DNA of 64,000 bases. Origin: Eledone cirrhosa. Its lineage: Eukaryota. The first letter of the stretch is position 1. Each line of letters begins with the position of its first letter. The translations under genes and the position numbers were made by a program. Below, in pieces: positions 53,501 through 62,702 of the stretch. Under the pieces are notes generated by a model that saw only the letters and a list, made by a program, of their open reading frames with translations, was not told where the DNA came from and did no database searches. Location: contig OZ024740.1 of assembly GCA_964016885.1 (NCBI GenBank), positions 218,860,001 to 218,924,000 on the forward strand, written 5' to 3'.

Positions 53501-54386
53501 GCATTTAGACAGCAAATTAGCAGTCATTAAAATGTATGACAAAATGCCTTATAGTATTTGTTCATGTTATTTGCACTCTTAGTTCAAATCCTGCTGAGGT
53601 CAACTTCTCTTTTCATCCTTTCAGGGTTGGATTGGGTTGGAAAATAAAATCCAAATCCAGAGTGGTTAGTTGGCAGAATTGTTAGTGTTGGCCAATATGG
53701 TTTGCAGCATGCTCTGGCTTTTTGAATTCTGAGTTCAAATCTCTGTTATGACCTAAAGGAGTGACTGACTTAATCACACTACCACCTGGTCCATGGATAG
53801 CTTTAGCGAAGTCGAATCTCATACAATTTTTCAAACCAGGTGTTTAGTTTGAGGATATGTCTTCCTTCCATGATTAAACTATATATATATATAACTCCCA
53901 AGACTGTCCCACAAATATAAGACTTCATTCAGAACATACCTTATCAGCATCTTTCTTCTTCTTTAAACCGGTATAAGCTTCAATAACATTCATATGATAG
54001 AGTTGACGCACCAAAGATAAAGCACATGATTTAGAAGCCACTTGTTTATTTGAACCATGCTCTCGCGATGATACATCTGAGAGGAGGAGAAAGAGAAACT
54101 CAAATAAAAAACTTAATATAAAGTAGTCAGATATAAGAATCTTTGAATGCCATCACAAATATTTCCTTTGGTTTCTTCTGCAGCAAACATGGTTGCCACA
54201 CAATTTAATTGTTTGAACAATTTCAGTTGTTATTTTGCAGAAGGTATATGACGTCTCAACCTACAAAGCAGGAAAATAGGTAACACACACACACACACAT
54301 TAATAAAGGATACATTTCAAACTATTTGAAAACACTTACGCTTCCCAATAGACTTGACATAGATTTTCATCTCAGCAATGAAACTC
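32150..54386 (-). CDS. DHX9: ATP-dependent RNA helicase A (DHX9 / maleless ortholog), 25 exons, 5'-partial
   Basis: 25 GT-AG exons splice in frame (3109 nt): dsRBD2 (SFIAEM...[23 protein letters not shown]), MTAD-like [15 protein letters not shown], motif [11 protein letters not shown], Ia [41 protein letters not shown]2, OB-fold, RGG tail. Confidence 0.97.
32470..32795. repeat. Minisatellite, ~23-28 bp unit (CACTCACACTACATG[GA]ACAGTTGC[TA]), about 13 copies
   Basis: Direct tandem units without unique spacers, immediately upstream (in transcript sense) of the last DHX9 acceptor. Confidence 0.9.
34062..34259 (-). CDS. DHX9: DHX9 exon
   Basis: [31 protein letters not shown]...; 198 nt. Confidence 0.94.
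35135..35250 (-). CDS. DHX9: DHX9 exon, OB-fold
   Basis: [38 protein letters not shown](W); 116 nt. Confidence 0.95.
35348..35548 (-). mobile_element. tRNA-derived SINE family 1
   Basis: Reverse complement of the family consensus (GTACTTTATTTTATCGACCCCGTAAGGATGAAAGGCAAAG...GATTTGAACTC). Confidence 0.86.
36703..36870 (-). CDS. DHX9: DHX9 exon, OB-fold
   Basis: [39 protein letters not shown]...[10 protein letters not shown]; 168 nt. Confidence 0.95.
37301..37526. mobile_element. piggyBac-type MITE family A
   Basis: TTAACCCTTT...GCTAAAGGGTTAA, internal similarity to other copies. Confidence 0.85.
37838..38025 (+). mobile_element. tRNA-derived SINE family 1
   Basis: Near-identical to 17484-17670. 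Confidence 0.88.
38394..38497. mobile_element. Tiny TA-flanked foldback element/MITE
   Basis: Perfect 28-bp inverted repeat TAGAAGTGGTTACACAACAGTTAGTTCA / TGAACTAACTGTTGTGTAACCACTTCTA. Confidence 0.7.
38561..39001 (+). mobile_element. tRNA-derived SINE family 2 with RTE-type 3' tail (partial copy 43838-44101)
   Basis: Head TGGCTTAGTGGTTAGAGC...GAGTTCAATTC, core TCCTTGAGCAAGACACTTTATTTCACATTGCTCCAG, tail GGTGTTAGGAAGGGCATCCAGC...ACCCATGC...GACGTAAAAC(GAT)n shared with the RTE LINEs. Confidence 0.85.
39020..39536 (+). mobile_element. Internally deleted Tc1/mariner element
   Basis: ~32-bp TIRs (GGATGGGTAGAAAGAAACTCTCTATTGAAAATT / AATTTTAAATAGGGAGTTTCTTTCCACCCACC) in TA context; transposase C-terminus [30 protein letters not shown]...VEF*. 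Confidence 0.88.
39935..40355 (-). mobile_element. Old internal fragment of an RTE-like LINE ORF (EN-RT linker)
   Basis: Minus-strand peptides [12 protein letters not shown]...[12 protein letters not shown] and [14 protein letters not shown] with stops. Confidence 0.55.
40571..40669 (-). CDS. DHX9: DHX9 exon
   Basis: [33 protein letters not shown]; 99 nt. Confidence 0.94.
42071..42155 (-). CDS. DHX9: DHX9 exon
   Basis: [28 protein letters not shown]; 85 nt. Confidence 0.93.
42252..42416 (-). CDS. DHX9: DHX9 exon, HA2
   Basis: [18 protein letters not shown]...[18 protein letters not shown]; 165 nt. Confidence 0.94.
43065..43220. mobile_element. Short degenerate mariner-like MITE
   Basis: Imperfect terminal inverted repeats GCTAAGAAGTTCATAGGCTGAC / GTTAGCCTATAAATTCGTCAGC. 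Confidence 0.45.
43385..43496 (-). CDS. DHX9: DHX9 exon, HA2
   Basis: [37 protein letters not shown]; 112 nt. Confidence 0.95.
43610..43770 (-). CDS. DHX9: DHX9 exon
   Basis: [27 protein letters not shown]...[16 protein letters not shown]; 161 nt. Confidence 0.95.
44430..44582 (-). CDS. DHX9: DHX9 exon, motif VI
   Basis: [50 protein letters not shown]; 153 nt. Confidence 0.96.
44682..44755 (-). CDS. DHX9: DHX9 exon, motif V
   Basis: [24 protein letters not shown]; 74 nt. Confidence 0.95.
45096..45190 (-). CDS. DHX9: DHX9 exon
   Basis: [32 protein letters not shown]; 95 nt. Confidence 0.95.
45614..45728 (-). CDS. DHX9: DHX9 exon, motif IV
   Basis: [38 protein letters not shown]; 115 nt. 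Confidence 0.95.
46201..46299 (-). CDS. DHX9: DHX9 exon
   Basis: [33 protein letters not shown]; 99 nt. Confidence 0.93.
46951..47057 (-). CDS. DHX9: DHX9 exon
   Basis: [22 protein letters not shown]...[10 protein letters not shown]; 107 nt. Confidence 0.93.
47305..47498 (-). mobile_element. tRNA-derived SINE family 1, with target-site duplication
   Basis: Reverse-complement copy flanked by repeated CCTTTGAGGTTAATAAT (~47295 and ~47498); inserted in an older SINE fragment. Confidence 0.85.
47556..47712 (-). CDS. DHX9: DHX9 exon, motif III (SAT)
   Basis: [11 protein letters not shown]...VVLMSATVD...YGRVFPVQ; 157 nt. Confidence 0.95.
48309..48391 (-). CDS. DHX9: DHX9 exon, DEIH motif II
   Basis: [28 protein letters not shown]; 83 nt. 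Confidence 0.95.
48563..48704 (-). CDS. DHX9: DHX9 exon, motif Ia/Ib
   Basis: [47 protein letters not shown]; 142 nt. Confidence 0.95.
49260..49331 (-). CDS. DHX9: DHX9 exon
   Basis: [24 protein letters not shown]; 72 nt. Confidence 0.94.
50610..50729 (-). CDS. DHX9: DHX9 exon, Walker A
   Basis: [10 protein letters not shown]...[15 protein letters not shown]; 120 nt. Confidence 0.95.
51949..52026 (-). CDS. DHX9: DHX9 exon
   Basis: [26 protein letters not shown]; 78 nt. Confidence 0.9.
52188..52355 (-). CDS. DHX9: DHX9 exon (MTAD region)
   Basis: ...[28 protein letters not shown]; 168 nt. Confidence 0.93.
52463..52552 (-). CDS. DHX9: DHX9 exon (linker)
   Basis: [30 protein letters not shown]; 90 nt, phase 0-0. 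Confidence 0.88.
53940..54076 (-). CDS. DHX9: DHX9 exon, dsRBD2 helix 2
   Basis: [46 protein letters not shown]; AG/GT bounded. Confidence 0.95.
54340..54386 (-). CDS. DHX9: DHX9 exon, dsRBD2 ([15 protein letters not shown]), 47 nt
   Basis: tgtag|G AGT TTC...AAG C|gtaagt on minus strand; phase 2 to 1. Confidence 0.92.
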
Positions 54387-57300
54387 CTACAAAAAATAAG
54401 AAAAAAGAAAACAAAAATGAAAAATAACAATCAATGTTGATAAAAAGTGCAATCATTTTTCCAAGAATGAAAATTTATGTTTCAAGATCAATGAAAGTAA
54501 GAATGCAAAAAAAGACAAAAAAAAAAAAAAAAAAGTAAGGATTCCCCCAAAACACAAACACACACACATCAAAATGAATGATGCATTGTTTTTAATGAAA
54601 TGTTTAATTTGTTTTCATTTGTAAATTTGAAAAAAGAAAAAAGTTCATAATACTGACTTTTTAACCCTTTTAATACCGAGCCACCTAAAACTGTCCATTT
54701 TAAAGTATTTTATTCAAATTTAAGCCGGCTCTCAAAATTATACATAAGAATCTTAACAGCAGCTTTATAAAGGAGAAATTGGTTATTTCATTTTACTAAA
54801 TTCCTCTAAATTCTTAATTGAAACATGGACAATATATTCCAATAGAAATACAATAAATAAAAGGCTAATAATATAAAGTTGGTATATACTGGCATTGAAA
54901 GTTGTATAGATCAATAAACTTAGGTTCCGCTTCATAGGATCACAAATTCTACCTTCTCCCTCCTATGACAAGATTAAGTAGTGAAATAGTCTGGGGTTGA
55001 AATTTAACCCTTCCACATTCAAACATCACTTGGATAATCTACTAGACCAATTCACAGTAGCACAGCAGATGCTCTCTGCAATATCAAACTTTTCCATTCA
55101 GCAAATACCAAACAAAATGATATAATTTTCAGCAAAAACAAGATTATTTTGCAATAAATATTTGCTACTTCATTATTAATCCCTCTAATATTCTATTGTT
55201 CTGATTTAGAGAGCCATGTCACACAAAACATCTCTAGGTCAAGTATTTTAATGACACATTAAACAGCAAAATATTTCCGCTGACCAATCCTTGTCTATAA
55301 ATAGACAGCTATATTGAATAGTTAGGGAGAAAACTCCTCCTGGAGTAAATAGCATTTATTGCCCCTGATACTAACGCCTGAACATACATAGATCAGTAAA
55401 CCCTGCTTAAGACAAACACAATCAAATATGAGTACTATGAAAGTAAATACTGTCTTGAATCTATCAAGTGACTGAATAATAAGTAGATGCTTTGGTAAAA
55501 GGACAAATATACCATAGTAAAACAGAGATACTTCCCATATATTTTAATGTAATATGAAAACTTGATCAATAAAACTGTCATTAGAAGAAGATAACAGAAA
55601 TATAAAGACAAATATTAAATATAAAAAAAAAAAAATAGAAAACTTTATGGTAATATTAAACATTATCATCTGACTAATGTTATGTAATTGGCATATTTGC
55701 ACTTTGAAATTTTTTGTAAAGTATTATACGGAGTTGCTACTGGTAGATAGTATCAGCGATGAAAAGACAAATGGTAACATTGTTTCCTTGGTCCAATTTG
55801 ATGAGTTCCACCGCACTCAGTAAGCAAATGAGGTCTGGGATCTTGTCGATCAAACTCTATATCTATACTAACATGGACAAAAGGAAATAAGGAAAGGAGC
55901 TGATGTGATCTTTCTATTTTTGATACTATCTGCCGGTTTCGACTCCTTGTAGAAGGAGCAACATGAAATAAAATATTTTGTCGCCGTTTCGGAATGAAAC
56001 CAACAAGCTTATGACTGTGAATCTAACACTAGGCTTCATTCTTCCTATCTGATTGAAATTGAATGTATATGAAAGCTTGAGATGACAATAACAGTAGGTT
56101 TAAATGATATTAGTGAAATTCCTAATTTCAACAGATGTAACTGGAGAAAAAGATCTTTCATTTGTTATCTAATGAGATTAGAAACTCTTTCCATAGCTAA
56201 CTTTCAATCTAATGACAAAGTAAGATATCCACTGAGCAACTGTTATAATTAAACTGAAATAAAGTAAGGCCATGCCTAACTCAACTGACTTGCTAATACA
56301 TGGCACCTGAGGCACAGAAATAACAAATTAAATATAAAAACTTCATAACTAACTTCTTAATGGCTAATTCTTCAAAATTAACAAAGAATTTTGGACAAGT
56401 TCCAAACCAAAGATATTGAAATTAATGCTTATAAAATAAATATTTGAATAGACCAAATCTCATGTGTTCAGTTAATGTCACTATATAACTAACTACTATT
56501 ATTCAGCTTCATTAGTGGTAGTAAATAATTAAAAATACCTACTTAAAAATATAAAGCAGTCACCAAAATCGATTACAACTCCTAGACTTTACAATTATCA
56601 AAACCAGTAACTATTCAATTACCAAACTAATTTTACAACACTTAACAATACAAAATTACTAAAAATCAACTAAAACGTACTTCAAGTAAATTGATTTTTA
56701 TTGTAATAAGAATTAATGTTATGATAAACCTTCTCATCATGACCATTGACATACATTCATAATTAATTCTATTTTCCTCTGCTACAAAGGGATGATCAAG
56801 TTATTAGAGAATGGAAGTGAGAAGGCGATATAGAGGAAGAATCAACCCAAGTACTAGACTGATAAAAATAAAAAAAAAAGTACCAATCTTTGACTGTGAC
56901 AGAACTCAAGAGCAGTGTCGGAACAAATACTGCAGAGCATTCTATCTGATGATCGAACGACTTTAACAATTCACTGCCTATAACTTTGTATTATACCTAA
57001 TGCCAACTATATCTAGAGTACCTAAGTTTAGATTAATGTGTACTTTCCTTATTTAGTGTGCTATGTCTAACTGATTAAGTGATCATGTAGAAGTTCCCCT
57101 TTCTGGTATTAAGTAAAATATGTCTTTATTTGATATAAGCTGTGAAGCTGAATAGTTGTGATTACACAAGGTATATTTATTTAAGATGTTTGTGAACTTA
57201 AAAGAATTTGATATAACAAGGCAACTAATGTTCAAGATGTTTTAATTTTTGTGTATGCATCAGTATGTATAAATCAGCCAAAACCTGATTTTAGATTGCC

Positions 57301-57634
57301 GTTTTAGTGGAGAAACCTGCTGTTGGGAGACTGTATGTGTGTATGAGTAATGTACTGAACTGTACAACATGCATGCATTCAGAGCTTTTTAGAGATGCAG
57401 TACAGAACCAAATGACTTAACTTTTAACAGTTAAAAAAAATAAATTCAGCTATGATAGATTTATATGGGAACAGATCAAAACTATTCTGCAAAGATCTTT
57501 GTCAACAGACAGACAATCATAATCTAATAACAATGAACTTTTTAACATGGAGAATGAGGCAGTAAATCTTCTTACAATTTGTTAAGATAAGAATTTGTAA
57601 GTCTGAACAAAAACCATGTTCATACCATTGTATT

Positions 57635-58915
57635 CATCATCATCATCATCATCATCGTTTAACGTCCGTGTTCCATGCTTGCATGGGTTTGGACGGAGGG
57701 TTTTCCCACTTGAGGCAAGAGTGGTTATCTTGCTCGCATAGGACTATCTGGCGTGTTTTCTACAGCTGGATGCCCTTCCTAACACCAACCACATTTACAG
57801 TGTGGGGCTGGGAGGTTTTTACCGTGTTGCCTACACGGCCACATTACAGCGTGAACTGTGTGTTTTTTTGACGTGACACCTACACGATCTCATTTGTTTC
57901 GGCCTGGATGTTGTGGCACCAACATAACTTTACATTGAAAGGGGCGGTGTGGATGGGGTGGGGGTGGTGGGACGGGGGTGTATTTTGTTAGAGATGCCTA
58001 CTGACTGTAGTAGGTTTTACTTTGTATTTAGGTAAGGCGGGTCTTTATTACTGAGTACCGCCAAAGGTCTCGGTCCAGTGACATTGTCTTGGTGAGGTGT
58101 AAGTGTGTGAGGTCGGAATTTATCAGCTCGTCCCAGGTTTTTCTGGGTCTGCCTATTCCGTGGCTACCGTCTATCTTTATTGCCCTGCACTTTGTTATAC
58201 AGCTATCGTCCTTCATGCGCATCACGTGACCATACCAACGTAGCCTTCTCTCGAGTAAACAACATCTGATCCCTCTTATTTCTAATTTTTTCCTTAGTTC
58301 GTTTATGCTTTGCCGTTCACGTATATTACTATTACACATCCAGCGGAGCATGCAAGCTTCGTTTCTCTCTAGTCTGCGTATATCCTCTGCACACAATGCC
58401 CAGGTCTCACTGCCGTGCAACATTGCTGTTCGTATGCAGGCATCGTACAACCTGCCTTTCATTTTTAGGGAGAACCCTTTAGCGGCTAATAGTGGTATGA
58501 GCTCTCTGAACTTTTTCCACCCAGTTCTGACTCTAGCTACTGTACTTTCAGAGCACCCTCCCCCACTGCTGATTTTGTCACCCAGGTAACGGAAGCTGTC
58601 CACTATTTCTATAGAACCCTCTGCGCAGTTGAAAGAGCTAGTATTTTTTGGGCACTTGCTGCTACTTATTGCCCCAGAACACCGGCCACATGTAAAATCT
58701 ATGTTCTTAGTTAGCTTACCTGTGATCCCACTACATCTTTTATGGACCCAAACTTTGCATTTGGGACACAAAATGGAGTTTCTACCTACGCCTTTCCTAC
58801 ACTCTGAGCATGGCCACTTCCCGGAGGGGACCGCCGCCTTATTTTCTTTCTTACAAACTATAACTTTAGTCTTAGCCAGGTTAATTTTAAGGCCTTTTGA
58901 TTCTAGGCCGTGCTT

Positions 58916-58918
<3 letters not shown>
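57635..58918 (-). mobile_element. 5'-truncated RTE-clade LINE with internal PHD-like finger
   Basis: ORF GLKINLAKTKV...C2C..C2C..H2C..C2C...DSFRYLG...MLHGSETW...RLRWYGHVMR...GRPRKTW; (GAT)n tail at 57635-57656; 5' end abuts (TA)n. Confidence 0.93.
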
Positions 58919-58959
<41 letters not shown>

Positions 58960-60262
58960 CAGAAATTAGTAAGGGAAAAAAAAAAAAAAAAGAAAAATGA
59001 TAAAAGTAAACTTTTTCCAATGTGTAAAAATAAGTTGATTTTAAGATCTAGATTGTAAGATATAGATTATAAGATCTAGATTGTGAATGCTTTTACAGAA
59101 TTTCAATTTAACGAAATTCAAAATATGAAACATTGGAAGACACTGTATGTAAGAACTATAATTTGAAAGTTATATTTTTATTCTTTCCTCTACCATAAAA
59201 AAATAAAACATCACTAAAAGATGAACATTATTTAATTAATATTTATATTTAACAAATTATTAATCTATCAACTTAGTGTTCATAAAAAAAATTTTGTTAT
59301 TTAGTGAAGTGATGTTTTCTCATAACATTCAATATTCTAATATATATTGGTTTATGTAACTAAAACCAAAACACAAACTACCACCACCAAGGCATGGGTT
59401 GGACATGGACAAACATGTATATCCATAAGTACACACACACACAATCAATCTGGTTGAGACCAACTGAATAGCCCTAAATATTTCCAGGAGTTTCTTTTGA
59501 GGAAATGAAGTAAGACTATATTAGAGACAAATGGTTTTCTTTCCCGAAAGAAAATATATTATGTTTATAATGACTTGTCATTTATTATAGGTGCCTTCGA
59601 AAAAATTTTCATGATAATGTAAAATAAGATGAAATATTAAAATTACAACCCCAAAGATCAGTTGACTATTTTTAACAATATTGGTAACAACCAGTAATAA
59701 TAACCTATAACCTACCTTCAAACTCACTTCTCACAATGCTTAACAAAAATCTTTACATTCCATCACATGCAGATATATGATATGGGAATAGAAATGATAG
59801 CTTCACTTTAAAACTCACTCTTCCAACAATTAATGTTACAAAAGCATGTTTAACAATCCAATAAATCTGTTAGTTCTGTAGTTTTTGTTAATATTTAGAT
59901 GAATCAATATCAAGTAATTTTTTTTCTTAATTTGATGAAATTAACTTAAAAAAAAAAAAGATTATGAAATCAAATTGAAAATAATTATTTCAATAAGATA
60001 TTGTGATAGATGGTTCTTTTCACACTTATCCAACTTTCATGATTTGTTAACAATAGAACATCAAAAATGTGTAGTGAAATAATAGTAAATAACTGTACTG
60101 CTGTGAAAGAACAACATTTTCAAATAGTAAGAGTTATGTCTTTCCAAAAAAGAATGTATATTAATGCATTATTATACTCTTTTCCAGCAGGTATTCTTTG
60201 TAGTCGACTACAATGCTGAAATAAAAGGGCTGCAGTGTTCTGCAGAGCAGGAAATAACTTAC

Positions 60263-60395
60263 CTGAGAAGATACAGGGCTGTCTTTAACTAGCAAGGAAG
60301 ACACGCAGTTTGGTTGCACAGCATACAAGTGCCACAATGGTTAGATTCTGTTGAGGAGGAACGAGAGGCAACGACTGCAACAACTTTATGAGTGC
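60263..60395 (-). other. DHX9: Candidate stop-containing (poison/NMD) cassette exon of DHX9
   Basis: Minus strand: ...tttgtttgtctgtcatgcagcag|GCACTCATAA...TCTTCTCAG|gtaagt; 133 nt, GC-richer than flanks, TAA in the frame imposed by the phase-2 intron. Confidence 0.5.
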
Positions 60396-62631
60396 CTGCT
60401 GCATGACAGACAAACAAATATATTAACCCTTCTAAAGCCCTTTACTGCTGAAGTGGGGGACATAAAAAATCCATCCCACTACAGCAGGAAATCGGGACAG
60501 ACAATCAGTGAAGAAGAATTGCAACTTTACCATCTTAAGTATTTAATATTCATGTATGCATATAGCACATACAAATGATAAATTGAACAATTTTTTCTTT
60601 TATCTTATATTTTCTATAGATAGAAAATTGACTAAGATAAAATTAAATTTTATGGCAAGAAATCAACTCAACAAAGAAAAACCCCAGAAGATTGCATACC
60701 AAACCCTTAAGAAATTTTTTATCTTTTAAATATTACAAAGTCATAAGCTTCTTTCATTCTAAATTATTTTATGGGAATCACTAAAAAAAAAATCTGCTTA
60801 CCAAAATATTTAAATAAATTACTTGAATAAGGACAAATATTTTTTCATAAGTTCCAAAATTTCTTCTTTTTGTGTGTGAAGTCATTTTTTGTCAGGTTAG
60901 ATCTATTACATTCTCTATGACAGAATTGGGGTTACTACCATTAAAACATGCAACAGACCTATGCTTTGGAAACATAGTGGCGAGGCAAAAATAGCTTGCA
61001 TTTACTTTTTAGGAGCTAACCCTTATTCATAGCTTTATCTAAACAAATATGTTCTGGATACTGAGAATTGATTCAAAATAACCATATGAATATTTTATCA
61101 CTAAGTGGTTCCCATGACTAATTTCAAGACATCGTAAAAGTAGCTCATATCTTTGTAAAGATTTAAAAGTTTTGAAACTTAGATTAACATTAAGAATATT
61201 AAATTATATATCTGGAAACTTCACCATGTGTAACCCCTGCAAAACGATTTTAAAGAGTAAGAAGTGCACACTTCAAATGTTTCTTTGTTGAAAGCTGTTT
61301 CTTGCAATGAAATTTTCAGGGTTTTAAACACCATGATGGTAACTTAAGTTGCATAGTAAAAGGACAAGGGTCAAACAACGACAGTATCAGACTTATTAAC
61401 AAATGAACATCCATTACCATGCGAGTGGTACCACTCACTTGGTTAATGTTTTTAGATTCCTTTGTCAATTTTTCAACAGATAATTCTTGTTTTTAGTTTG
61501 AGATGAAAATACCAAATAAGGTCAAATCCTTTTAAACAAATAGCAAACAAAGATCACAATAAATAACTAAAAAAAGGGCTATGAAAACATTAAAATTATA
61601 AAAATGGATAACATTAAGGGTAAGTAGTTAAACCACTTGCCATCCTATTATTCATGCATAGCCAATAAAACAAGCACTATTTTAATACCTGTTTTAGCTA
61701 ATACCTATAGTAGTATTTCAATTTATTTACACTGCCACAATGGTCTTTGCATGCACTATCCTATTTTGAAAAGGATACATTATAAAAATAAATAAATGAG
61801 AGCCTACTGTGAAAATCTGTTAATCACAGTGGATTCCCCCACCCTAATCCTTCCTTTATTGCTAACTAATGCTAAAAGTTAGTACTTAAGTAATTTCATT
61901 TGTTTCAAAATCAAACATTTCAAGAGATTTAATTTCCAATAATCAATTTTAAAATGAAATAAATACACAAAGATGAAAGGATGAAGTGTTATTGGAATCA
62001 TATATATATTGCTATCCTTAATATTTCAATAATATTCTTAAATAATTTTCAGCTGCGATATACATTTATTTCACTTTACAATATTCTAATTAAAATACAT
62101 ATCAAACCAAACCAAACTTTACATTTCTTGGGTAATTCTAATCCAAGTTAAATCTCATTCTAAATTCTGCTGTGGTTATATAGAATGATACTTAAAAATA
62201 CACACAAAATATTTTATAAAATTGTATACCTTTTATATGCATTCTTATTGGTTAGGTCTTTCCTTTTTCTTATATTTTTAAATGTCCTATTTTGTTTATA
62301 ATTTATAATTTCTTTAATGTTACTTTATCTTTTGGTTGGTCTACAGCTCTTTATTAATTGAGGTAACTGGAAATTTTAACCCAAGTTTTTACTACAGTAA
62401 GCAATATGTACATCAATATTTTTGTTGTATATATATGTCACCACTTTCCAATTGGCTGATGAACGAGGTGGCAATAACATCAACTTGTTTCTGGAACTTC
62501 TGTGTACCTAAGGTATATGCTAGTTTGCCATGTGTTTCACATAATATACACATACACTCACACAGTCTGTGGTGCTGAGACCACTAAACATGGGAGTACT
62601 CAATGCATGGAGAGATGCAGAGTGGGTATAG

Positions 62632-62702
62632 AAATAGGCAAAATCCCAATCGCGGCTCCAATCTGAAACCACTTGGTGCTGCGGTCGGGATTCAACCTAT
62701 TT
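62632..62702. ncRNA. Pre-miRNA-like 71-nt hairpin in DHX9 intron (unverified)
   Basis: AAATAGG-CAA-AATCCCAATCGCGGCTCCAA [11-nt loop] TTGGTGCTGCGGTCGGGATT-CAA-CCTATTT; ~30-position stem with wobble pairs and few mismatches. Confidence 0.3.
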
